DNA of 64,000 nt from Candidatus Hydrogenedentota bacterium. Its GTDB lineage: Bacteria; Hydrogenedentota; Hydrogenedentia; Hydrogenedentales; SLHB01. The stretch is taken from contig CAVUWV010000012.1 in NCBI GenBank assembly GCA_963745075.1, forward strand, positions 128,001-192,000, given 5' to 3'. The position numbers and the translations under genes are program-made. Shown in pieces: positions 40,969 to 50,267 of this stretch. Numbering within the stretch: position 1 is the first letter of the stretch; each line of letters opens with the position of its first letter. Under the pieces are notes generated by a model. It ran no database searches and had not been told where the DNA came from. It worked only from the letters and a program-made list of their open reading frames with translations.

Positions 40969-41441
40969 GCCGTCGCCCCCTGCATCATTTTCGACGCGGT
41001 TTCGATCGCATTGACGATATTGGCGTAATTACAGCAGCGGCAGAGGTTGCCATCCATGAACTCCACGATCTGCTCGCGGGTAGGATTCGGGTTCACCCGC
41101 AACAGAGCCACCGCAGTCAGGATCATTCCCGGTACGCAGTAGCCGCACTGCATGGCCTGCTCGGCAATGAACGCCTCCTGCACCGGGTGCAACGTGTCGC
41201 CTTGTGCCAGTCCCTCGATGGTGACCAGATCTTTGCCGTCCGCTTTGCTGACTGGCACCTGGCATGACGCTAACGGCCGTCCGTCCACCAGGACGGTGCA
41301 GGCCCGGCAACTCCCTTCCCCGCAGCCGAACTTGGTGCCCGTCAACTCGAGATCTTCCCGCAAAACTTCCAAGAGGGACCGGTCCGTGTCGGTTTCGACA
41401 CTTTGTTTCAGACCGTTCACAGTAAACTCGATACGGGCCAT
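40965..41441 (-). CDS. (2Fe-2S) small subunit (IorA/CoxS-like)
   Basis: GTKFGCGEGSCRACTV, QCGYC, NLCRC; 4-nt overlap with the large subunit. Confidence 0.95.
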   Translation of the reverse strand: MARIEFTVNGLKQSVETDTDRSLLEVLREDLELTGTKFGCGEGSCRACTVLVDGRPLASCQVPVSKADGKDLVTIEGLAQGDTLHPVQEAFIAEQAMQCGYCVPGMILTAVALLRVNPNPTREQIVEFMDGNLCRCCNYANIVNAIETASKMMQGATA

Positions 41442-41653
41442 GGGCACCTCCCCGATGTTGAAATCTGCAAAAGCTATGACCATTCTAGGCCGATTTCGGC
41501 GATCCGGCAACCTTGTCAGGGTTGCATTGGTCGCACTATGGAACCCCGGAACCTGCGTCGGGGTTTCATGAATGTACCTAGTCCATGTGTCGTCATTTGT
41601 CCCGTTGGGTTATACCCGTCTCGTTACCGTCGTCAGACGAAGGAGATTCGAAG

Positions 41654-42367
41654 ATGAAGCGCGCAAGAGATCGCAAACTATTGGGAATAAACAGGCACCT
41701 CGTGATCGGATTGGTTGTCATCACCGGATGCGCCCTTTGGGCCGTCCCCGCTTTTGCCCAAGGAGCTGGCGGACCTCAACTTAGCGCCGCAGACCGCGCC
41801 GCTGCATGGGAAGTCCAGGCCAAAGGGGTCGCGACCAGCCTGGGTCTTAATGAAGATCAATCCGCGAAATTGAAAGACGCGTACACCGCTAGCCGTCAGA
41901 AGCTGCAGGGCGAAGTCGAGAAGCTTGCCAGCTCCAGCGAAGGCGGCCGCGGCCGGTTTGAAGCCTACCGTACGGCCATGGGAGACGAGCGGAAAGCGCT
42001 CAAGACCACCCTGTCTGGATTTCTGACGCCCGAGCAGACCGACAAAGCCATCGCGTCACTAGGCAGTTACAGCCGCATCTGGGACCGGATGGTCAACACC
42101 CTGACCGGGATGAACCTCGAAGAAGCCAAATTGAACGAGGCGCTCAATCTCGTCGCTGGTTACGTCGCCGAATCCTCCGTCGCCATGCAAGACGCGGCCC
42201 AGCAAAGTGACTGGCAAGCCATCCGGACGAAGATGCAGGACCTCAAAACCGGATTGGATACATCGCTTGCGAAAGTCCTGACCGAAGAGCAACTGGCGAC
42301 GTGGAAAACCGATACGGCCTTCAGGAGCCGTGGAGGGGGACAACGCGGGGAAAGCGGCAACGGTTGA
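41654..42367 (+). CDS. Secreted all-helical hypothetical protein
   Basis: Signal peptide ending AFA; two LTxEQ repeats (Spy/CpxP-like pattern); AAGGAG RBS. Confidence 0.7.
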   Translation: MKRARDRKLLGINRHLVIGLVVITGCALWAVPAFAQGAGGPQLSAADRAAAWEVQAKGVATSLGLNEDQSAKLKDAYTASRQKLQGEVEKLASSSEGGRGRFEAYRTAMGDERKALKTTLSGFLTPEQTDKAIASLGSYSRIWDRMVNTLTGMNLEEAKLNEALNLVAGYVAESSVAMQDAAQQSDWQAIRTKMQDLKTGLDTSLAKVLTEEQLATWKTDTAFRSRGGGQRGESGNG

Positions 42368-42554
42368 CCATTCCACGCAAATACGTTACGCAAACCTAAC
42401 AAACCATTCGGACCGATTGGATATTCGGCAGTGACCACCAATCGGTCCGAAGTCTTTTACATCGAGCATCTTCCGTAGTCGGGAATCCGGCCGAGCGTTC
42501 GGGTGTTTCCCCCCTTTGAGGGGTTGGTATGACTCCCCACAAGGAATCGCGAAA

Positions 42555-43238
42555 ATGACCGGGCCGTTTCTGCTTCCCCGCCGAACGTTTCTGGAAGGGC
42601 TTGCTGCCGGCGCTTTTGCCTTTGCGGTGCCTGAGGCGTTTGCGGAAGCTTTGACGCTGACGCCGCGCCAAACGCAAGGTCCGTTCTATCCGGACCACCT
42701 GCCGCTCGACCGCGACAACGATTTGCTGATCGTCAATGATTCAACAACCCCCGCCGTCGGAGAGGTAACGCACTTCGGCGGCCGCGTGCTCGACCTCCAC
42801 GGCGATCCTATCCGAAATGCCCTTGTGGAAATCTGGCAAGTCGATAATAGCGGCGTCTACTTACACTCGAAGAGTCCTGGTCGCGACAAATGGGATACAC
42901 ATTTTCAGGGGTATGGCCGCTTCGAAACGGCGTCCAGCGGCGAATATCGCTTCCGCACCATCAAGCCGGTCCCGTACCGGCAAGGAAATTTCCAACGAAC
43001 CGCGCATATCCACGTTGCCGTAACCGTCCCGGGGCGCGATACGTTTACGACGCAATGCTACATTAAGGGGTATCCCTTGAACGGCCAAGACACCATTTTG
43101 CAGTCCATACGCGATCCGAAAGCCCGCGACAGCGTGATTGTGGAATTCCTGCCGGTGCCCGATTCTTCCACCGGCGAACTTGCTGCGCGTTTTGACATTG
43201 TCCTCGGGTTGACTCCCGAAGACGCGGGGCACCCTTAA
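42555..43238 (+). CDS. Intradiol ring-cleavage dioxygenase family protein with Tat signal
   Basis: RRTFL; GPFY, VEIWQ, GVY, YRFRTIKPVPY, RTAHIH (Tyr/Tyr/His/His Fe ligands). Confidence 0.9.
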   Translation: MTGPFLLPRRTFLEGLAAGAFAFAVPEAFAEALTLTPRQTQGPFYPDHLPLDRDNDLLIVNDSTTPAVGEVTHFGGRVLDLHGDPIRNALVEIWQVDNSGVYLHSKSPGRDKWDTHFQGYGRFETASSGEYRFRTIKPVPYRQGNFQRTAHIHVAVTVPGRDTFTTQCYIKGYPLNGQDTILQSIRDPKARDSVIVEFLPVPDSSTGELAARFDIVLGLTPEDAGHP

Positions 43239-43288
43239 CGCCATCCATTGGGAAGAATATCGCTCAGATTATTACGCATGATAGCGGA

Positions 43289-43391
43289 GTGCCCGCCGGT
43301 TCTGGGAAAACCGGCGGGCACGCCACAGCGGGGGTTGGGGGGAGTGAGGCTCTTAAATTATCTATACAACTGCCCGCACGGGCAGTTGTAT
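43289..43391. terminator. Two hairpins between convergent genes
   Basis: gtgcccgccggtt..aaccggcgggcac (43289-43321) and atacaactgcccg-ca-cgggcagttgtat (43364-43391). Confidence 0.7.
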
Positions 43392-43909
43392 TATGAATTC
43401 CTCAATTTGTCGGAAAACTCCTCCAACGATTTGTTCAGGTTTTCTATACTCTGCTGGACGGCCGCGGTGGCGTTGGCCAACGCGTTCGCGGACATCTCCC
43501 TCAGTTTAGCGATTTGATCGTCGATGGATTCTCGCTGCGACTGCAACTGATCCAAGTTCTGTCGTAGCTGGTCGTTCGCGTTGTCTCCCATCTCGTCGAG
43601 CTTCTCCGACATGTCCTCGAGTTGCTCGTCCAATTTTTCAAGTTGTTCGTTGAAATTCTCCTGCGGCGAGTCTTGACCCAACTGCACGGCGTCCTTGATT
43701 TCGTTCTTCGCGTCCGTGGCCTCGTCTTTAATCTCGTCTTTCAATTCTTTCGCTTCGTCGCGGAGTTCATCGGCTTTGGCAGGCTCGTGGGTTTGCGTAT
43801 TGTCCTGCGACCCGGCAGACGTGGAATTCGGAGCGCCAGACTGCGAACATCCGAACGCTACGACCATTGCCAAGGCGGGCAAAGCCACTACCCTATGCAC
43901 CTTGTTCAT
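43391..43909 (-). CDS. Acidic coiled-coil lipoprotein (hydrophilin/LEA-like)
   Basis: Lipobox AFGC; E/D/K/Q-rich helical repeats; GAGGAGG RBS. Confidence 0.75.
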   Translation of the reverse strand: MNKVHRVVALPALAMVVAFGCSQSGAPNSTSAGSQDNTQTHEPAKADELRDEAKELKDEIKDEATDAKNEIKDAVQLGQDSPQENFNEQLEKLDEQLEDMSEKLDEMGDNANDQLRQNLDQLQSQRESIDDQIAKLREMSANALANATAAVQQSIENLNKSLEEFSDKLRNS

Positions 43910-43945
43910 TCGCTTACCTCCTCGCCGGTTGGTGTGGAGCAAGGG

Positions 43946-43962
43946 TGCAAATAGCGTGCCAG
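43946..43962 (-). promoter_or_regulatory. Sigma54 -24/-12 promoter (near-perfect consensus)
   Basis: Minus strand CTGGCACGCTATTTGCA. Confidence 0.85.
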
Positions 43963-44101
43963 TCTCCAACTCCTTTGACCTGCCAATCGTCCGCCCCCGC
44001 GGCGGCATTGAAACTATACAACCTGTAACTTTTCTATACGAGAATATTCGCTATTCGGGGTTCGAATCCTGGAATTCGCGGTAAGACTAGTCTCGCCAAC
44101 G

Positions 44102-44118
44102 TTGGCACAGACTATGCA
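44102..44118 (+). promoter_or_regulatory. Sigma54 -24/-12 promoter, divergent from the previous one
   Basis: TTGGCACAGACTATGCA, GG-N10-GC. Confidence 0.72.
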
Positions 44119-44163
44119 CTCCGATGAGAGGTGACAACCTGACGATGGTGAAAGGAGGTCCAT

Positions 44164-44337
44164 ATGCTGTATTGGGCTTTAGTCTTTTTCATTGTGTCGA
44201 TTGTGGCAGCGCTTTTCGGTTTTGGTGGAATCGCGATAGCCGCAGCCGGCATTGCGAAAATCCTTTTCTATGTATTCCTCGTCCTGTTCCTTGTCTTTTT
44301 GATCAGCGGCCTGGTCGGGCGGCGCCCGGTGGTCTAG
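44164..44337 (+). CDS. DUF1328 (YtjA/UPF0391) small membrane protein
   Basis: Below the ORF-track cutoff. Translates [68 protein letters not shown]. Confidence 0.95.
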   Translation: MLYWALVFFIVSIVAALFGFGGIAIAAAGIAKILFYVFLVLFLVFLISGLVGRRPVV

Positions 44338-44425
44338 AGGGCGAACTCAGTCTTCTCGCAAGAGCGAGGCGCCTCGGCGAGCGTTCCTCTTGAGTGAAGA
44401 CGCAACGAAGAGGAAGGACATTACG

Positions 44426-44572
44426 ATGGAGACGTTGCAAAATATCGGAATCGCCGTAGTGGCTGTTGCGTTGCTAGTGCTCGCGGGATGTAACACGGTC
44501 CACGGCGTTGGCGAAGACGTTGAAAAAGGCGGCGAAGCAATTCAGGGTGCCGCCACCGATGCCCAGAACTAG
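44426..44572 (+). CDS. Entericidin EcnA/B family lipoprotein
   Basis: LAGCNTVHGVGEDVEKGGEAI. Confidence 0.92.
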   Translation: METLQNIGIAVVAVALLVLAGCNTVHGVGEDVEKGGEAIQGAATDAQN

Positions 44573-44708
44573 TATTCACCGGCGATGACGCGTGATTTCA
44601 AGGCACAACGGGTGCGGTAGTCGGCGTTTCTCCCTCAAGACCATTTGGCCAATGAAAGTGTAAGGAGAGAATGGTCTTGAGGGAATTGTTTGTTGGAGGC
44701 AAGCGGCA

Positions 44709-45497
44709 ATGATAGCGCTTATGACCTTGTTGGCGATCCTGACCTTGTCGATCCTGGTTACCCGGGTAGCGACCATCGCCTTGGTTCACACCGGTTTGGC
44801 GCCCCAGGCGGCGCGATTCCAGGCGCGTTCCGCATTCACCGGGGTCGGCTTCACAACGAATGAAGCCGAGAAGGTGGTCAACCATCCCGTGCGCCGCCGA
44901 ATCCTCCTGCTGCTCATGCTACTGGGTAATGCCGGGATCGTAAGTGCCGTGGCGTCTATGATGCTCACCTTTGTGGATACCCAGGCCGAATCCGATTGGT
45001 TAATCCGGGTGGTGGTGCTCGTCGCCGGTATCGCCGCGCTCTGGACCGCAGCGCACAGCAAGTGGTTGGACCAGCGGCTTTCCCGCGTGATACGCGCCAT
45101 GCTCACGCGATGGACCGATTTGGATGTACGCGACTTTGCTTCCCTGTTCCATCTCGGCGGGGATTACCAGATCGCGGAACTCCAGGTTGAGCCCGATGAC
45201 TGGATGGCCGACAAGAAAATCGCCGAGTTGAAATTGCGCGACGAAGGATTGCTGGTCCTCGGCATTCAACGCCCGGACGGCACGTACATGGGGGTTCCCA
45301 ACGGCGAGACAACGTTCAAGGCCGGTGATATTCTGCTCGTTTACGGTCGTAATGAAACCTTGACGGGACTGGATCGGCGCAAAGAAGGCATCGGCGGCAC
45401 CCTGGCACATCAGGATGCCGTCGCCACCCAAGCGCAAGTCGAGCGGGAGGAATTGGAGTCCGCAACCGAACCGCAACGATCGAAGTCCGAATGTTGA
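44709..45497 (+). CDS. Membrane protein with C-terminal TrkA-C (RCK_C) domain
   Basis: ARFQARSAFTGVGFTTNEAE, HPVRRRI, VLGIQR, GDILLVYG. Confidence 0.88.
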   Translation: MIALMTLLAILTLSILVTRVATIALVHTGLAPQAARFQARSAFTGVGFTTNEAEKVVNHPVRRRILLLLMLLGNAGIVSAVASMMLTFVDTQAESDWLIRVVVLVAGIAALWTAAHSKWLDQRLSRVIRAMLTRWTDLDVRDFASLFHLGGDYQIAELQVEPDDWMADKKIAELKLRDEGLLVLGIQRPDGTYMGVPNGETTFKAGDILLVYGRNETLTGLDRRKEGIGGTLAHQDAVATQAQVEREELESATEPQRSKSEC

Positions 45498-45539
45498 GTC
45501 GCGCCAATTCCGACTGTCGGGAGTTCCGCGCCGGTCTGG

Positions 45540-45989
45540 CTACTCTTCAGCGGGCTTGAACTGATGGTCGTAATAGTCGTCGTTCAACGTGCTGATCAAC
45601 TTCTTGGACTCCGCCAAATCCGCTTCCAGCAATTCCCGCATGGAAACGAATCCGCGAAACCGGTTCTCCTTGTCCAAAACGACGAGATGACGAAAGTTCC
45701 GGTCGAGCATGAGCGCTTGCGCCGTCTGGCGTGATTCGCTTGTCGCTACACAAACAACCTGGCTCGACATGACATCCCGTACTTTTGTGGTTGTTGGATC
45801 CAGCCCTTCCGCGACCACGCGTCTCGCCAAATCGCGTTCCGAGAACACGCCGACCACAGCGCGGTCCTCACAGACGGCTACGGCGCCCACGCCCTTTTGC
45901 GCGAGATACGCGACCACCTCCTTGACGGTTGCGTTTGGTTCTACGAAAAAAGGTTCCCGGTCAGAGACGACATCACCGATGGTTTTCAT
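45540..45989 (-). CDS. CBS domain pair protein
   Basis: VGVFSERDL, VRDVMS, FRHLVV, GFVSMREL. Confidence 0.92.
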   Translation of the reverse strand: MKTIGDVVSDREPFFVEPNATVKEVVAYLAQKGVGAVAVCEDRAVVGVFSERDLARRVVAEGLDPTTTKVRDVMSSQVVCVATSESRQTAQALMLDRNFRHLVVLDKENRFRGFVSMRELLEADLAESKKLISTLNDDYYDHQFKPAEE

Positions 45990-46331
45990 GCCTGCACCCT
46001 CCGATCCAACCCGCCTTCACGTTAGATAGTCTAGCACGGTATTTCTTGCGCCAAGGGGAATCTTGTGTTCTTGAGGGCATTTTGATGCTGGCCCATCCGT
46101 GGAAGTCTCGGTCGGTCATAGACATCGCCCGTCTGTTGACGAACCACCCGACACCGCATACAATGGCAATGCAAGGTTGCGGTCGTCCCGGTGCGACGAC
46201 CAAGTTTTACCATCCAGTTCCCGTATTTTCTCGTCTGGCCGTATCGCGATGGATGAGGCATTCCCCGTTGGTGCGGGGGTGGTGTGTTTCGGGCAGCTAT
46301 CAGCAAGGTGCGTACCTAAGGAGGCGGAACC

Positions 46332-47522
46332 ATGGCAAGCAACAGAGGCGTGGCATACATCAAACCGGGCGTCGTCGAAGTCCAGAGCATCGATTATCCG
46401 AAGCTGGCGCTCGGCAATCGCAAGTGCGAGCACGGCGTCATTCTCAAGATCGTATCGACCAATATTTGTGGCAGCGATCAGCACATGGTGCGCGGCCGAA
46501 CAACGGCACCGGAAGGGCTCGTTTTGGGCCACGAGATCACCGGCGAGATCGTCGAAGTCGGCCGCGACGTGGAATTCTTGTCCAAAGGCGATATCGTCTC
46601 TGTGCCCTTCAACATCGCCTGCGGTCGTTGCCGGAATTGTAAAGAAGGCAAGACCGGTATCTGCCTCAACGTCAATCCCGCTCGTCCCGGCGCCGCCTAC
46701 GGCTACGTCGACATGGGTGGATGGGTTGGCGGCCAGGCTGAATACGTCTTGGTGCCGTATGCCGACTTCAATCTGCTCAAGTTCCCCGACAAAGACCAGG
46801 CCATGGCGAAGATCAAAGACTTGACCCTGCTTTCGGATATCTTCCCCACGGGATATCACGGAGCGGTCACGGCCGGTGTCGGACCCGGCACCATCGCCTA
46901 CGTCGCGGGCGCGGGCCCGGTAGGCCTGGCTAGCGCCGCGTCGTGCCACCTGCTCGGCGCAGCGTGCGTCATTGTTGGGGACATGATTGACGAGCGGCTC
47001 GCGCAGGCCAAAAGCTTTGGGTGCGAAGTCGTCGATCTCAAAAAGGACGCGACCCTTGCCGAGCAAATCGAGCAGGTTGTCGGTGTGCCCGAAGTCGATG
47101 CCGCCGTGGACTGCGTCGGATTCGAGGCCCGGGGCCATGGTTGCGATCATTCGACAGAACACCCGGCCACGGTACTTAACGCCGCCATGGAAGTGACGCG
47201 GGCGGGCGGCGCTATCGGTATCCCGGGGCTGTACGTGACCGGCGATCCGGGCGCGGTGGACGACAATGCCAAGATCGGCATGCTCGGCATCCGCATCGGT
47301 CTTGGTTGGGCCAAGTCCCATTGCTTCGCGACCGGCCAGTGCCCGGTCATGAAATATCACCGCCAATTGATGCAGTGTATCCTCCACGACAAGATCCAAA
47401 TCGCCAAGGCGGTGAACGTGACTACGATCTCGCTGGACGACGCGCCCAAGGGATATAAGGACTTCGACAAAGGCGCGGCGAAGAAGTTCGTCATCGATCC
47501 ACACGGCATGGTCGCCGCGTAG
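46332..47522 (+). CDS. fdhA: Glutathione-independent formaldehyde dehydrogenase
   Basis: TNICGSDQHMVRGRT, GHE, CGRCRNC, DIFPTGYHG, GLYVTGDPG, GAAKKFVIDPH. Confidence 0.96.
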   Translation: MASNRGVAYIKPGVVEVQSIDYPKLALGNRKCEHGVILKIVSTNICGSDQHMVRGRTTAPEGLVLGHEITGEIVEVGRDVEFLSKGDIVSVPFNIACGRCRNCKEGKTGICLNVNPARPGAAYGYVDMGGWVGGQAEYVLVPYADFNLLKFPDKDQAMAKIKDLTLLSDIFPTGYHGAVTAGVGPGTIAYVAGAGPVGLASAASCHLLGAACVIVGDMIDERLAQAKSFGCEVVDLKKDATLAEQIEQVVGVPEVDAAVDCVGFEARGHGCDHSTEHPATVLNAAMEVTRAGGAIGIPGLYVTGDPGAVDDNAKIGMLGIRIGLGWAKSHCFATGQCPVMKYHRQLMQCILHDKIQIAKAVNVTTISLDDAPKGYKDFDKGAAKKFVIDPHGMVAA

Positions 47523-47548
47523 CCGAAATGTCGGTGCTGAAAGTAAAC

Positions 47549-47573
47549 GAGGCCGCCCCCGCCGGGCGGCCTC
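47549..47573 (+). terminator. Hairpin downstream of fdhA
   Basis: gaggccgccc-ccgcc-gggcggcctc. Confidence 0.6.
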
Positions 47574-47678
47574 TTGCTTCTGAATACGATGCCATATTCC
47601 GGACCAACTGCCGCCATCACGTTGCCGTCCGGCCGAAGGCAATTCATCCTCTCGGTCGAAACGGCGCGCGATTTCGCG

Positions 47679-50123
47679 CTACTCCTCTACTTGAACGCGT
47701 CGTTCGTCGAGTTCGAAGCAAATCGTGTCGGACTTCCTGCCGGGAGCGGATACTAAAACAGTGAGGGCTTGTTCGTCCAAATGGCATTCGCGTAACGTCC
47801 CGGCTTGTTCTCCTTCGCGCGTAGGATACAGTAGGAAGACGCGTGTCACCGGCAGTGACGTTTCTTGTGTGAAGATTGCCGTTGGCGCCGGTTTGACCTC
47901 CTTGCCGTGCGTGGCGTCCCAACCCTGTATAGTCGGTTCTTTCTGTCCTTCTACGACGGTGCAGTGAAGGTCATTGGCGCCGCCCGCTTCAAGTGCCAGA
48001 TTGGGTCCGGTTGGATTGTGTGTTGCGACACGTCGGTCGTCATCAACGCGAACCATCTGACCGGCTGCGAAATGAAACAACGAATCGATCGTATGCGTTC
48101 CTTCGCCCAAAATCTCATCGACGATGACCCAATACCGTGGTTTTTGAAATAACACGTGCCGCCGATGGGTGACCTCCGTGCCGGCAGGGCCGTAACCTCC
48201 CTCGTATGCCGCGCACGCGTAGTCAAACGTATCCGTCGACTGCCAAACCGGTGCAGGCGCTTCCGGGGCCATCAGTTCCTGACCGGCGCGGATGCGGCGC
48301 TGCCCCTGGCCGTCAATCAGTACAGTCGAGTGCGCCGCCGAGCTGACGCACCACTTCCGCCAATCGTCGAGCGTGTAGAGGTACGGGCCCGGATCGATGA
48401 TGAAGTTGGTCCCGTAAGCCGATAGCACGAAAGACAACTTATCCTCGTGCTGGTGGTTGGTGCCTACCGGTCCGCCGTCGAAGCAGAGATACCGGGCGTC
48501 CTTTGACCAATCACTCCGCATCACTGCGTATCCCGCGTAGGGGAGCATGCGCAACGTCGATTCCGGCGCACGGCCCTCCGCGCCGTTCGTCGCGGCATAG
48601 CGCATGTCTTCGCGGCCGAAAAGCTCGGCACCTTCACGCAGCAAACTCTGCACATCGTTTCGTTTGGAATCGCTGAACGCCGGTACCGTCCCGTCCGGCT
48701 TCATCATCCACATCACGTAGGCGTACATCCGCACCACGCCCTTCGCGTACTCGTCCGGCAACGCTACCCCCGTTTGTTGTGCGAGAACCAGCGCCCGTTT
48801 GAATCGGTCCAGACAATACAAATGGTAACTGGGGGCCAATTCATACTGCGCGCCGTCCGGATAGACCTGAAGGTCCAGTTGGTGCTGCAACCGGTCAAAG
48901 CCGGCCTTTCGCCAGGTCTCCGCGTCGGCCAGTTCGGGCCAGTAAACCGACACGCCGACCAATCCCAACGAGTCCACCACGCTCCAATTGCTGGGACGTC
49001 GAAGCCCGGCAGGGTGATCGTGGAGGTACTGACCGTGACTCCAGATGGAGCCCAACATCAACGCCAGGGCCTGCGGCGTGAACGACGGAGAACTCAGGAA
49101 TCCGTAGAAACTTTGCGGCCACGAAACCATCATGCGGTTTCCCGCTTCCAGGTTCCTCCACGAACCCACACGGGTCAACGTATACGGTGGCGCAGGATTC
49201 TGAATGACGAAATCGGTCATTTCGTTCACAAACTCGCGCGCATATTTCTCCTTAGCCGTCTTTAAGTAGGCTTCGAGCAGCACGGCAAAATGATGGTGAC
49301 TGTTGAAGTTCCAAAGCCATTCCGCACTGGGTGCGCCTGCCGGTTGCCGGTTCCACTCGATAACCGGACCCATTTCGATGGTCGTATCGTACTCGGTAAA
49401 CACATGGTCGCAAATGCGGTCGCCGTTCGGGTCCGACGACGACTCGGGATGCTCGCTTACGCGACGATGCATGCCTCGCGGCTCCTCTTTACGGCGATAG
49501 TATTCCGACAATTCATACAACGCGAGTGCGTACTTGTTGTCTTGGTATGCCCGACGAACCCGTTCCAGACCGGGGTAGGAAAGGTTCAGCATCGATTCGA
49601 ACAACTGCTTCCGAAAATGCTCCTGGGTGAGGACGAAATTCTCCGGCGAACTCAGACTTGCATACACCGACCGGTCGTCAAGTTCCGGTACGTCAACGTC
49701 GCCAATTCGCAGCGTTCCGTCGGACAGCGACAATCCCAACGTCGCCACAGGGCCCCGCTCGATGTCGTACACCGCGTCGGAAAGCCAGCGGGAATCTCCA
49801 CCCGAAACAACGATTCCGTGGATCTTCTTTCCGGACACTTGTTCCGGTTCAAATTCGATCTGCGCCCACCCGAACCGCTTCACACCTGCCTGAACGGCGT
49901 CCGGCGGGACCGGGAATGGTTCAGGCATCTCAGCGTTCATCAACTTCTCAATCTGTTCGACGCTCACGTCTGTTGGGACGGGCTCGCCAGCGATACCTCG
50001 TGCCGTGCGCGCCGCCCAATCCCCCGTGACCACGCGCCAACCACCCTCTTCAAAGAGAACCTCCGACGCTTGGGCACGGGACATAACCCCAATCATGACA
50101 ACGACAACACAGACTCTTCGCAC
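47679..50123 (-). CDS. Heparinase II/III family polysaccharide lyase
   Basis: Signal peptide; SNW, DGAQYELAPSYH, GYAVMRS, HQHEDKLSF, DPG, AHSTV. Confidence 0.88.
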   Translation of the reverse strand: MRRVCVVVVMIGVMSRAQASEVLFEEGGWRVVTGDWAARTARGIAGEPVPTDVSVEQIEKLMNAEMPEPFPVPPDAVQAGVKRFGWAQIEFEPEQVSGKKIHGIVVSGGDSRWLSDAVYDIERGPVATLGLSLSDGTLRIGDVDVPELDDRSVYASLSSPENFVLTQEHFRKQLFESMLNLSYPGLERVRRAYQDNKYALALYELSEYYRRKEEPRGMHRRVSEHPESSSDPNGDRICDHVFTEYDTTIEMGPVIEWNRQPAGAPSAEWLWNFNSHHHFAVLLEAYLKTAKEKYAREFVNEMTDFVIQNPAPPYTLTRVGSWRNLEAGNRMMVSWPQSFYGFLSSPSFTPQALALMLGSIWSHGQYLHDHPAGLRRPSNWSVVDSLGLVGVSVYWPELADAETWRKAGFDRLQHQLDLQVYPDGAQYELAPSYHLYCLDRFKRALVLAQQTGVALPDEYAKGVVRMYAYVMWMMKPDGTVPAFSDSKRNDVQSLLREGAELFGREDMRYAATNGAEGRAPESTLRMLPYAGYAVMRSDWSKDARYLCFDGGPVGTNHQHEDKLSFVLSAYGTNFIIDPGPYLYTLDDWRKWCVSSAAHSTVLIDGQGQRRIRAGQELMAPEAPAPVWQSTDTFDYACAAYEGGYGPAGTEVTHRRHVLFQKPRYWVIVDEILGEGTHTIDSLFHFAAGQMVRVDDDRRVATHNPTGPNLALEAGGANDLHCTVVEGQKEPTIQGWDATHGKEVKPAPTAIFTQETSLPVTRVFLLYPTREGEQAGTLRECHLDEQALTVLVSAPGRKSDTICFELDERRVQVEE

Positions 50124-50267
50124 AACGCTATCCCCCGATTAACCAACGGTTCCGTTGATGGATAGTATCAACCCGATGCACGGTCCAACCACCCCGAAGA
50201 AGGTCCACCCCTTTCGTTCAACGAGATATGGACTTCGCTGCGTACAACCCATTACTCTTGCACCTAT

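Noticed and set aside
44426..44572. Entericidin as a toxin-antitoxin pair
   Set aside because: Only one EcnA/B-type gene is present, in a general-stress context.
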